Of a stretch of 27,415 nucleotides of DNA, positions 17,057-25,807 are shown piece by piece (position 1 is the stretch's first letter; every line of letters starts with the position of its first letter). A model generated the notes under the pieces. That model searched no databases and was not told where the DNA came from. It saw nothing but the letters and a program-made list of their open reading frames with translations. A program made the position numbers and the translations under genes. Source of the DNA: an uncultured Terriglobales bacterium (lineage in GTDB: Bacteria > Acidobacteriota > Terriglobia > Terriglobales > Acidobacteriaceae); the NCBI GenBank assembly GCA_964619235.1, contig CAZUCM010000002.1:1-27415 (forward strand). Reading direction: 5' to 3'.

Positions 17057-17320
17057 ATGTACAAATGGATGCCCATCATTGACGAAAGCAGCTGCACAGG
17101 CTGTGGTTTATGTATCGCAGCCTGCGGTCCGAGGTCGCTGGCGCTGGCTGACGGGATTGCAGAACTCACTCTGCCCGATACCTGCGGAAGCGAGGAACAC
17201 TGCATATCGGTTTGTGCATCTGGCGCTATTCAAATGGCGTGGTTGCCTTTTACCGGAAACAGAAAAGTCGGGAAATGGAGGAACGGAACGCAAGGCGCGG
17301 CCGTCTGTTATCCGGGCTAA
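17057..17320 (+). CDS. Small dicluster ferredoxin with one atypical cluster motif
   Basis: CTGCGLCIAAC (canonical) and CGSEEHCISVC (second Cys replaced by Glu). Starts 8 nt after the GATase stop. Confidence 0.88.
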   Translation: MYKWMPIIDESSCTGCGLCIAACGPRSLALADGIAELTLPDTCGSEEHCISVCASGAIQMAWLPFTGNRKVGKWRNGTQGAAVCYPG

Positions 17321-17455
17321 AGAAGGCATTTCGCCCTGCACGATCCATGTGGCTTTTCCATGTGTTCAAGTGGCCGCTCAAACAGCTGATTGCATCGAAT
17401 CTGGTTACATGCGTTTTCATTATTCAAGGTCCGGGTGTAATAAACCGTTCTAAGG

Positions 17456-19693
17456 ATGGCCATGGAAGCTATTGATAGAAGTTCTTCCAACCGGCACTTG
17501 GCTTTGGGCACGGTTTCCTTTACCGTCTGCTTTGCCGCCTGGGGTATGATTAGCGCTTTCGCCCCTCGTTTCAGGCAGCAATTACACCTCTCAGCCACGC
17601 AAACTGCCTTGCTGATTGCAGTTCCCGTATTGCTTGGCGCCTTGGCTCGCATTCCGATGGGTATGCTGACGGACCGGTTCGGCGGGCGGCTGGTTTTTTC
17701 CGCGCTAATGTTCTTTACCGCGCTGCCTTTGGTCTGTGTGCCCTTCGCGGTATCGTATCGGAGCTTATTGTTCGCCGCTTTCTTCCTGGGCCTGGCTGGC
17801 TCTTCCTTTGCCATCGGCATTGGATATGTTTCGCGCTGGTTTCCCATGGAGCGCCAAGGAAGCGCACTCGGCGTGTATGGACTGGGTAACATTGGGCAGT
17901 CCGCGGCGGTGTTCCTGGGCCCGGTGCTGGCGGCGGGCTTCGGCTTCCGGCGCGTTTATTGGGGATTAGCCGCGATCCTCGTCGCATGGGGAATCGCTTT
18001 TGCGATCTCTGCCCGCAACGTTTCCGGCGGTGTGCGCCCGAAAAGCGTCGGCGAAATGCTCTCTGTGCTGGCCCACGAGCGATTGTCCTGGGCATTGTCG
18101 GCCTTCTATTTCCTGACCTTCGGTGGATTTGTCGCTTTCTCCATCTACCTGCCGAGTCTGCTCAAGGACCAGTTCGGCTTGCGCCCCGCGGACGCCGGCT
18201 TCCGAACCGCCGGATTTGTGGTGCTGGCGACACTTTGCCGGCCGCTGGGCGGTTGGCTGTCCGATCACATTGGCGGGTCGCGGGTGCTGTCCTGGACCTT
18301 TCTGGGAATTGCGGGTTTTGCTTTGCTGCTGGCTTCGCCCACCATGCTCTCCTTTACCGTCGGAGCCCTGGGCTGCGCCGCTCTGCTGGGGATCGGCAAT
18401 GGAGCGGTATTTCAACTCGTTCCACGGTATTTCCCTGACCAGCGGGCGACGGTGACCGGCTTGGTCGGTGCCATGGGAGGTATGGGTGGATTCTTTCCAC
18501 CTCTATTGTTGGGCGCCTTTCGTGATCGTCTGGGCGTGGTATGGCCAGGGTTTCTTTTGCTCTCCGCCACTGCTGGCTTTCTGTGGTGGCTGAATCTGCG
18601 CGTCTTCCTGCCCCGGGAAGAAAAGCTGGAGAGATTGCTTCCTCCCAGCTTCCGGCGCACTGGCGACCGTCTCCGCGCCGGAGCGATTGCCACCTTGTGG
18701 ACCGGCGTTCTGATCGCGGCCATATTCGTGGGCTCGCGCAATCTGCAAAACTTTGATCCGGCGCTGGTGATCTATACCTTTGCGGTAGTCTTCGCCACCT
18801 GGGGCGTTATTTATCACTACGCTGTCTGGATTCAGAAGCCTCCCACGCGTATCTATTGGGAACGCGGATGGCAGCTCTTCCGGCAACAAGGAGTCTTCCA
18901 CAGCCTATGGCGCGTGATCGCGCTGGCGGGGACCCACTTGTTCGGGCAAACCTTTATTGCCAGGCGCTCGCTCACACGCTGGGCGATGCATCAATTGCTG
19001 TTCTGGGGCTGCCTGCTGGCGGCAGCCATCACTTTTCCTCTGGTTTTTGGATGGATTCACTTCACCAGCGCGCCTGACGATCAGATGATTTACATTGTGC
19101 ATCTGTTCGGATTTCCGGCCGGCCGCTTCCATCTCCACACGATTACCGCCGCCCTGCTCTTTCATGGACTCGATATTTCCGCCTTCCTCGTGCTAGGCGG
19201 AATTGCGCTCTCCCTGTGGCGCCGCATGCGGGACGAAGGCGCCATAGCGGTGCAGAGCCTGGCAATGGACTTCTTTCCGCTGATTTTGCTATTTGCGATC
19301 TCCGTGACCGGGTTGGCGCTAACCGTGTCACAGGAATGGCTGCGGGGAAGCTTCTATTCTTTCTTGGCGATTCTGCACGCCATCACGGTAATCACAGCTC
19401 TGCTGTATTTGCCGTTCGGCAAGTTCTTCCATATTTTTCAGCGCCCGGCACAACTTGGCGTAAAACTCTATCAGGAGACCGGCGAACGCGGCACAGGCGC
19501 GGTTTGCCGGCGCTGCGGGGAACGCTTTGCCTCGCGCATGCATATCGACGATTTGGAACAGGTCCTGCCCCAGGTTGGTTTTGATTACCGCATGCCCGGC
19601 CCGGCGGAACATTGGCAGGAATTATGCCCGGCCTGCAAGCGCAAGTCCCTCTCGCTGGCGCAACTCAAATTGAAAGAGGACGCGAATGGCTAA
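17456..19693 (+). CDS. Fusion of a NarK-type nitrate/nitrite MFS transporter (aa ~1-385) and a NarI-like cytochrome b membrane domain with a C-terminal CxxC/CxxC motif (aa ~400-745)
   Basis: NarK features: R65 (LARIPMG), R262 (CRPLGGWLSD), nitrate-signature-like GLAGSSF and GIGNGAVF, and FGGFVAF. Second domain: RWAMH512 and LH641...LPFGKFFH659 (18-residue His spacing as in NarI H187/H205), C684xxC687 and C724xxC727. Confidence 0.9.
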   Translation: MAMEAIDRSSSNRHLALGTVSFTVCFAAWGMISAFAPRFRQQLHLSATQTALLIAVPVLLGALARIPMGMLTDRFGGRLVFSALMFFTALPLVCVPFAVSYRSLLFAAFFLGLAGSSFAIGIGYVSRWFPMERQGSALGVYGLGNIGQSAAVFLGPVLAAGFGFRRVYWGLAAILVAWGIAFAISARNVSGGVRPKSVGEMLSVLAHERLSWALSAFYFLTFGGFVAFSIYLPSLLKDQFGLRPADAGFRTAGFVVLATLCRPLGGWLSDHIGGSRVLSWTFLGIAGFALLLASPTMLSFTVGALGCAALLGIGNGAVFQLVPRYFPDQRATVTGLVGAMGGMGGFFPPLLLGAFRDRLGVVWPGFLLLSATAGFLWWLNLRVFLPREEKLERLLPPSFRRTGDRLRAGAIATLWTGVLIAAIFVGSRNLQNFDPALVIYTFAVVFATWGVIYHYAVWIQKPPTRIYWERGWQLFRQQGVFHSLWRVIALAGTHLFGQTFIARRSLTRWAMHQLLFWGCLLAAAITFPLVFGWIHFTSAPDDQMIYIVHLFGFPAGRFHLHTITAALLFHGLDISAFLVLGGIALSLWRRMRDEGAIAVQSLAMDFFPLILLFAISVTGLALTVSQEWLRGSFYSFLAILHAITVITALLYLPFGKFFHIFQRPAQLGVKLYQETGERGTGAVCRRCGERFASRMHIDDLEQVLPQVGFDYRMPGPAEHWQELCPACKRKSLSLAQLKLKEDANG

Positions 19694-21923
19694 GCCTCCA
19701 GCTTCCTTAGAAGCCCTGAAGACGCAGTTCGGGCCTACGTTGAATTACCTTCCGCCCGGCGGCTGGAAAGACGAAGCGGTTCACGCGCCCGACAAACTCG
19801 TAAAAACTCACTGCTGCTTTTGTGGCCAGCAATGCGGCATTCAGCTGAAGGTGCGGGGAAACAAAATCATTGGCTTTGAACCCTGGGAAGATTTTCCGTT
19901 CAATCACGGCATGCTTTGTCCCAAGGGGGTTAAGCGCTACTTGCAGAGCGATCACCCGGACCGGCTGCTTCATCCGCTCATGCGCACGGATCATGGATTT
20001 CGGCAGGCCAACTGGGAAGAAGCATTGGAATTCACCGCACGCCGCATGCGTGAGATCCAGGCAAAGCATGGCAAAGACGCGGTTGCCGTTTTCGGAGGCG
20101 CATCGCTATCTACCGAAAAGTCCTACCTGATGGGAAAGTTCGCGCGTCTGGCAGTGGGCACCCGGCATATCGATTACAACGGACGCTTGTGCATGGTCTC
20201 GGCCGGTACCGCGTACAAATTGGCGTTCGGGATCGATCGCAGCACCATACCGTGGAGTGACATTCTCAAGGCGGAAGTCTTGTTCGTCATCGGCGCCAAC
20301 ATCGGCGATTGCGCTCCCATCACTACCGACTACGTCTGGCGCGCCCGCGATCAGGGCGCGCGCCTTGTGGTGGCCGATCCCCGCATGACCCCCATTACAC
20401 GCAATGCGGACCTGTATTTGCCTCTGCGGCCCGGCACCGATCTGGTGCTCCTGATGAGCATCCTGCACGTAATTCTGCTCGAAGGCCTGGAGGATCGCGA
20501 CTTCATCGATCGCTACACCACCGGCTTTGCCGCGGTGGCGGAGTCGGTCAATGCCTACGATCCGGTCACTGCCGCCCAGCAGACCGGCGTTCCCCCGGAG
20601 TCCATCGAGAAGGCGGCGCGCTGGATCGGCAAGTCCCGGCGGGTGGTATTCCTGCATGCGCGCGGCCTGGAACACCAGTCGAAGGGCGTGGAAAATTGCC
20701 TTGCGGTCATAAACATTGCACTGGCAACGGGAAATCTCGGGCACGAGGGCTCCGGGCCGACGATGATTACCGGCCAGGGAAATGGACAGGGCGGCCGCGA
20801 GCATGGACAAAAGTGCGATCAGCTTCCGGGGCAGCGATCGCTTACCGACCCGGCGGCGCGCGAGCACGTTGCGCGCGTCTGGGGAATCAATCCGGACGAC
20901 CTTCCGCAACCCGGCTACACTGCGCCCGAGATCATGGAGGCGATTCATCGCGGCGAGATCAAGGCGCTGCTTTCCACTTGCTTCAATCCGTTGGTTTCGC
21001 TTCCTGACGCGAACTTCACCCGCGAGGCGTTGTCGCGGCTGGAGTTCCTGGGTGTGATCGATTTCTTTATGTCGGAAACCGCGCACCATGCCGACGTCGT
21101 GCTCGCGGGCAGTTTGCACGAAGAGGAAGATGGCTTAGGCTGTAGCACCGAAGGACGGGTGATCCATTGGAAAAAATCCGTCGATCCACCCGGCGAGGCC
21201 CGCCGCGATTCGGACATCCTGGTGGATTTGGCCCGCCGTTTGGGGAAAGGTCAGTATTTTCCCTTCGAGAAGCCGGCGGAAATTCTGGAAGAACTGCGCG
21301 AAGCTTCGCGCGGCGGGGTGGCTGACTATTACGGCATCACCTACGAGAAGGTGGACAAAATGAAGGGCGTCTTCTGGCCATGTCCGGCGCTGGAGCATCC
21401 GGGGACGCCACGCCTGTTCGAAGGGATGAAATTTCCTACCAGTGACGGGAAGGCGCACTTCCAACTTACAGAATGGCGGCCATCGGGCGATCCCGTGGAT
21501 GCACACTATCCCATCTACCTGACCACCGGACGCGTGGTGAGCCAGTATTTGTCGGGTACCCAAACTCGACGGATTGGTGCTCTCGTAGAGCAATATCCCG
21601 AGCCGCGGGCGGAGGTGCATCCCCGTTTGGCGGAGCAGTTTGGCATCAAGGATGGGGACTGGGTGACGGTTGAGAGCCGTCGCGACAAGCTCACGCTGCA
21701 AGCGATGGTGGTGAAAACCATTCGCCCGGACACCGTCTTCATTCCATATCACTGGCCGGGCATTCGCAGCGCCAATCGTTTGACGCATCGCACGCTCGAT
21801 CCACGCAGTAAGATCCCGGAATTCAAGGTCTCAGCATGCCGCATCGCCAAGGCAACCGGATTGGAGGCCGCCGCTGACGATCGTGCCCCGGAACACAGCG
21901 GCGCCGGGCAAGGAGCGAAGTAG
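19686..21923 (+). CDS. Cytoplasmic bis-MGD molybdoenzyme of the NasA/NapA nitrate reductase clade
   Basis: N-terminal [4Fe-4S] ligands C43/C46/C50/C78 with LCPKG. Mo ligand in NGRLC169M170 (Cys-Met as in Nap/Nas, not Cys-His as in FDH). [11 protein letters not shown] and [17 protein letters not shown]. No Tat leader. Confidence 0.9.
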   Translation: MAKPPASLEALKTQFGPTLNYLPPGGWKDEAVHAPDKLVKTHCCFCGQQCGIQLKVRGNKIIGFEPWEDFPFNHGMLCPKGVKRYLQSDHPDRLLHPLMRTDHGFRQANWEEALEFTARRMREIQAKHGKDAVAVFGGASLSTEKSYLMGKFARLAVGTRHIDYNGRLCMVSAGTAYKLAFGIDRSTIPWSDILKAEVLFVIGANIGDCAPITTDYVWRARDQGARLVVADPRMTPITRNADLYLPLRPGTDLVLLMSILHVILLEGLEDRDFIDRYTTGFAAVAESVNAYDPVTAAQQTGVPPESIEKAARWIGKSRRVVFLHARGLEHQSKGVENCLAVINIALATGNLGHEGSGPTMITGQGNGQGGREHGQKCDQLPGQRSLTDPAAREHVARVWGINPDDLPQPGYTAPEIMEAIHRGEIKALLSTCFNPLVSLPDANFTREALSRLEFLGVIDFFMSETAHHADVVLAGSLHEEEDGLGCSTEGRVIHWKKSVDPPGEARRDSDILVDLARRLGKGQYFPFEKPAEILEELREASRGGVADYYGITYEKVDKMKGVFWPCPALEHPGTPRLFEGMKFPTSDGKAHFQLTEWRPSGDPVDAHYPIYLTTGRVVSQYLSGTQTRRIGALVEQYPEPRAEVHPRLAEQFGIKDGDWVTVESRRDKLTLQAMVVKTIRPDTVFIPYHWPGIRSANRLTHRTLDPRSKIPEFKVSACRIAKATGLEAAADDRAPEHSGAGQGAK

Positions 21924-22519
21924 TGTTCGGATACGAATTCTACGTTGATCCCTCCCGCTGTATCGGTTGCCGCTCATGCCTGCAGGCCTGCGAGGAGTGC
22001 GAAACGCATCGCGGCAAGTCGATGATCAACTTTGACTTTATCGAGCGCAGCGACAACATCTACTCCTCAGCTTACGTCTGCTGGCACTGCGACGAACCCA
22101 CCTGCGCGCAGGTCTGCCCGGCGGATGCCATCAAGAAAGGCGAGGATGGGATCGTTCATTCCTCACTGAAGCCCCGCTGCATCGCCTGTAACAACTGCGT
22201 GCTGGCCTGTCCCTTCGGGATTCCCAAAATGATGATTCCCGAGCAGCAGATGATGAAATGCGATATGTGCTACGATCGCACCTCCGTGGGCAAGCGTCCC
22301 ATGTGCGCTACTGTCTGCCCCAGCCAGGCTCTGGCCTATGTGAGGCCCGAGGAGATCAGGCCCCGCCGTGAAAAGCCGGTCAATATCTTTTATTTCGGAA
22401 GTCAGAAGATTACCACCAAGGTGTACATGATGGCCCCCGCCGAGCGCGATGCGATCGCGCTCGACGTGGTCGATTATATGTGGGAGGACAACCGTGAACT
22501 GGCTACGGCGCGCGAGTAG
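21923..22519 (+). CDS. Four-cluster 4Fe-4S electron transfer subunit (DmsB/NrfC/HycB-like)
   Basis: [37 protein letters not shown] and CDMC...CATVCP give 16 ligand Cys. The GTG start overlaps the upstream TAG. Confidence 0.93.
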   Translation: MFGYEFYVDPSRCIGCRSCLQACEECETHRGKSMINFDFIERSDNIYSSAYVCWHCDEPTCAQVCPADAIKKGEDGIVHSSLKPRCIACNNCVLACPFGIPKMMIPEQQMMKCDMCYDRTSVGKRPMCATVCPSQALAYVRPEEIRPRREKPVNIFYFGSQKITTKVYMMAPAERDAIALDVVDYMWEDNRELATARE

Positions 22520-23003
22520 CGAACCCTTATGGAAAGACGAATTCTCCGTCCACACCGCCGATGAGCGCTATGTGTCTCGCCGGCAGATGACGAAATTCCT
22601 CGTGCTCACCAGCTTCGGCATGTTCGTGGGGAATGTCTTGATTCTGGTTCGCTCCTTCTTTCACCACCCACGGCAATATCCTGAGTTGGACCTGGGGCAC
22701 ATTGGGGAGATTCCGGTGGGTGGGGTGAAATTGTTCGGATATCCCAGCGAGAGGGATCGCTGTATCCTGGTGCGCACCGCCGAGGCTTCCTATGCGGCCT
22801 ATAGCCAGAAATGCACACATCTGTCGTGCGCAGTGTACTACTCCAAATCCAGCAATCGGCTGGAATGCCCTTGCCATAATGGCGCCTTCTCGATCACCGA
22901 CGGATCGCCGCTGCAAGGCCCACCCCGGCGTCCCTTGCCCAGGGTGGTGCTGGACGAACGAGGTGGGGAACTGGTTGCTGTCGGCTTGAGAGGAGAACCA
23001 TGA
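22494..23003 (+). CDS. Membrane-anchored Rieske [2Fe-2S] protein with a twin-arginine motif
   Basis: GGAGG RBS before the GTG at 22494. SRRQMTKF followed by a TM helix. Box I CTHLSC and box [10 protein letters not shown], then GPPRRPL. Confidence 0.92.
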   Translation: MNWLRRASSEPLWKDEFSVHTADERYVSRRQMTKFLVLTSFGMFVGNVLILVRSFFHHPRQYPELDLGHIGEIPVGGVKLFGYPSERDRCILVRTAEASYAAYSQKCTHLSCAVYYSKSSNRLECPCHNGAFSITDGSPLQGPPRRPLPRVVLDERGGELVAVGLRGEP

Positions 23004-23248
23004 GTGAACTTTCCAAGCTGCCGCCACAAACCCGTGGGCTGATTGCTATCACAGGCGCCATGTCACTGATCGCTGTGCTTCTCATACTGCAAATTTATCT
23101 GTTGAGTGCCGCATTGGAGGCCTTTCTTGCTGGCGACATGCGCGCCGCTCTGCCGGCAGCAGTCTTTTCCGGCATTATATTTCTGGCTTCTCTCGGCTTA
23201 TCGTTGTTCGTGGACAGGGTCGACGCTGAAGCGCATCGCGACATCTAA
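23000..23248 (+). CDS. Small two-TM membrane protein, last gene of the operon (possibly DUF6755-like; from memory, unverified)
   Basis: ATGA overlap with the Rieske gene and a GGAG RBS. Two hydrophobic helices flank LEAFLAGD. Confidence 0.8.
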   Translation: MSELSKLPPQTRGLIAITGAMSLIAVLLILQIYLLSAALEAFLAGDMRAALPAAVFSGIIFLASLGLSLFVDRVDAEAHRDI

Positions 23249-23321
23249 CCGGCCACGGCTTTCCCTGCGCTTCATCCGAAACACACGGCCTTCCGCCCCT
23301 GGCCAGGAATCTCGCCACCGC

Positions 23322-23525
23322 TTAGGTTGTGCGCTTACGCCGCTCCGTGACCGACTCGCCAGCGATACCCCAGTTGTCGGTATCCACCTCGTCGATCACC
23401 ACAAAAGTGGTCTGCGGATCTTTTCCGAGCTCGTCTTGCAACAGCTTTGTCACCCCGGCAATCAGCCGCTTCTTTTGCTCTTTGGTAACGCCCTCGCGGG
23501 TGATCCTAATATTCACGTATGGCAT
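23322..23525 (-). CDS. 4-oxalocrotonate tautomerase family protein
   Basis: AGGAG RBS. M-P-YVNIRI gives a catalytic Pro-1 after Met removal. EQKKRLI, VVIDEV..DNWGIAG. 67 aa. Confidence 0.93.
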   Translation of the reverse strand: MPYVNIRITREGVTKEQKKRLIAGVTKLLQDELGKDPQTTFVVIDEVDTDNWGIAGESVTERRKRTT

Positions 23526-23573
23526 GGGCACTCCTCACTCGCAGGGCCGTGGAACCTTATACCGCAAGCGACT

Positions 23574-25580
23574 CTACGAGTTGGACACGGGAAACTGCGC
23601 CCGCAGTATGTTGGTCATTGCCGGGCTCAGCTGCTTAAACAGTTCCGCGTTATACGATGCGCAATACGGAACTCCGGAAACCGCCCCGTACTCGATACTT
23701 GGATCCGCGGTGCCGTCCTGCGGCCGCGTGGGATCCATCGTATCGACCGGGAAGACGCCATATGCCTTCGGAACATTGAGATTATTCTGCGTTAAATTGT
23801 TTTGTACGATCTGTTGCGTCGCGATTGAATAAGAACGGGAGGTCGCCGCCGGCGTACCTTCCGCAACCGCCGGATCCACGTTGGTGGCTACGATGGAAAT
23901 CGTGTAATCGCTGTTCAGGTAGATCTCGAAGGTGCGGAATTGCTGCGGAAAATCCCTGAGTGACGAGGTTTCGACCTGCCAGAAGCCGCTTTGCGGCCCC
24001 CCACTTGCCGTTGGCGGAAACGCTTTCACCGTGTTGAGATGACGGTGTCCGGCAATCCACATCAGCAGATTGGGAGTGTTTTGCAGCGTGGCAACCAGAT
24101 TCGTCAGGGAGACGGCATTCTGTTCGGTTGCGTTGGGGTCCTTGGCGGACTCCCACCATTCCATTTCGCATCCGATATTGCCGACGGCGATCGGCACATG
24201 GGCGGCGATGATCATGAGCTGATTGGCGGCCTGGCCGGCAGCCAGTTCCGCCTGCAGCCATCCCCACCGCGTCGCATCGAGGAATCCATGCCCGTGAATA
24301 TCGTGGGAGCCGTCGGTTTCCGACTGCGTGTCGTCAAGCACGATGACCTTGAGCGGAATATCCGACTTGGGAACGAAACTATAACAGGCAAAGCCGCTTC
24401 CCATCGATGGGTCGACCAGGTTCAGACCATGACCAACCGGAGAGGTGGTGGTGGTGAAGAATTCCTGGATCCAATCGGTTCTCAGGAGGGGACGGCGATT
24501 CGGATCGGCGGCCACCGTTGGAGGCGTGCTGAAGTTCGCCACCGGCCCAGCGTCTTTGATACTGCCGTCAGGAGTCGAACCGTCGATTACGCCCATGTAA
24601 TAAGACTGTTCTTGCAGGCTGGCGGAGGTATCAAACAGGCAGGGAAACGTCTTCATGGAATTTGGGTTTACCAGATCCCCTGCCGCCCAAACCGTGTCGG
24701 CGGTGAATGCCGGTTGAAGATTGAGCGCCGGTCCGGCATTGACGGGAACGCTGCCCAGCCAGAAATGATCGTGGTTGCCCATCACCTGATACCAGGGGAT
24801 CAACCGGTTGAGGCCGGCGGCCTGAAAGGGCTTTTGATAGTCGATCGAGGTCGCTCCCAGATGGGCGCCCGAGCTGGGAGTGATCATTTTGCCGTCGATG
24901 ACGTCAATATACCAGCGTAGCTCGTTATATTGAGTGTTGTTGCAGGTATCGCCCAGAGAGATCCCGAAATCGAACGGCGTTTGCTTGTGCAGGGCATTGA
25001 CCGTCTGAATGGCGGCGTCAAGAACATGGGTCGTATACGGCATAATCGGCGAGTATAAGGACGTCATGGGCGCCCCATATACCGGATCCAGCTGTTGCGC
25101 ATAGATCAGCTGATTCGGAGCTTCCTTGTCGGTGATGTGGGTGTCGGTGAACGCGAAGAAGTTCACCAGCCGTTGCAGCCGGACGGGCGCCGGGTTGCTA
25201 TAACCGGAGGGCATGAGGTCGAAGCGCTGAACCAGTGCCAGGGGTCCACCGTAGGAGTAGTTGCCGTAACCATATTTTCCGTATTGGGAAACCAGCGGAA
25301 GCTCGGTCGGGAATAGCCCCGTGCCCGAGTTGGGAGCGGAAGGTTTCACCGGCATGGGAAACGACAGCACCCGCTGCGCGGTGGTCGCGACCGTGGAATC
25401 AATCGGGTAGGCGGCGGCCGAAGCGTTTCCGCCGCATCCGGTAGTCAAAGCGTTTAGGTAAAGACAGGCAGCCGTCCCCGCCGAATACTTGAAGAACTCG
25501 CGGCGCGTCACGCCGTGTACCATTTTCAAATCGTCGCTGCTCAAGATGGACGTGCGCTGTTTTGAATCGCTATCACCCAT
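23574..25580 (-). CDS. Tat-exported calcineurin-like metallophosphoesterase lipoprotein (resembles the TIGR03768 family)
   Basis: Tat motif TRREFFK and lipobox-like TTGC. Metallophosphoesterase motifs DTH, GDTCNN, GNHDH, AAHVP and GHRH. Confidence 0.88.
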   Translation of the reverse strand: MGDSDSKQRTSILSSDDLKMVHGVTRREFFKYSAGTAACLYLNALTTGCGGNASAAAYPIDSTVATTAQRVLSFPMPVKPSAPNSGTGLFPTELPLVSQYGKYGYGNYSYGGPLALVQRFDLMPSGYSNPAPVRLQRLVNFFAFTDTHITDKEAPNQLIYAQQLDPVYGAPMTSLYSPIMPYTTHVLDAAIQTVNALHKQTPFDFGISLGDTCNNTQYNELRWYIDVIDGKMITPSSGAHLGATSIDYQKPFQAAGLNRLIPWYQVMGNHDHFWLGSVPVNAGPALNLQPAFTADTVWAAGDLVNPNSMKTFPCLFDTSASLQEQSYYMGVIDGSTPDGSIKDAGPVANFSTPPTVAADPNRRPLLRTDWIQEFFTTTTSPVGHGLNLVDPSMGSGFACYSFVPKSDIPLKVIVLDDTQSETDGSHDIHGHGFLDATRWGWLQAELAAGQAANQLMIIAAHVPIAVGNIGCEMEWWESAKDPNATEQNAVSLTNLVATLQNTPNLLMWIAGHRHLNTVKAFPPTASGGPQSGFWQVETSSLRDFPQQFRTFEIYLNSDYTISIVATNVDPAVAEGTPAATSRSYSIATQQIVQNNLTQNNLNVPKAYGVFPVDTMDPTRPQDGTADPSIEYGAVSGVPYCASYNAELFKQLSPAMTNILRAQFPVSNS

Positions 25581-25807
25581 GTCGTTTCTCCGGAAATTTT
25601 TATTTGGCTGCTTCGGTATTGGAAAACGGCCGGGCTCTCCAGCAGCTTTTTTGGCTTACGTCTTATCTATTGATCGGCGTTTGTTCACGTCGGCATTAGC
25701 CGGGATTCGCAGAAGCGACGCGAGTTCATCCTGGAGGAAAAAACTGCCGATAAGGTTTGTTGAACGTGCGCAGATCGCTTAGAGAATTCTTAGGTTACAA
25801 AGCAAAC

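Noticed and set aside
19686-21923. Annotation as formate dehydrogenase (FdhF) or NarG
   Set aside because: Cys-Met follows the Mo ligand, the FDH His and Arg are absent, and the size and Cys ligation do not fit the ~1200-aa Asp-ligated NarG.
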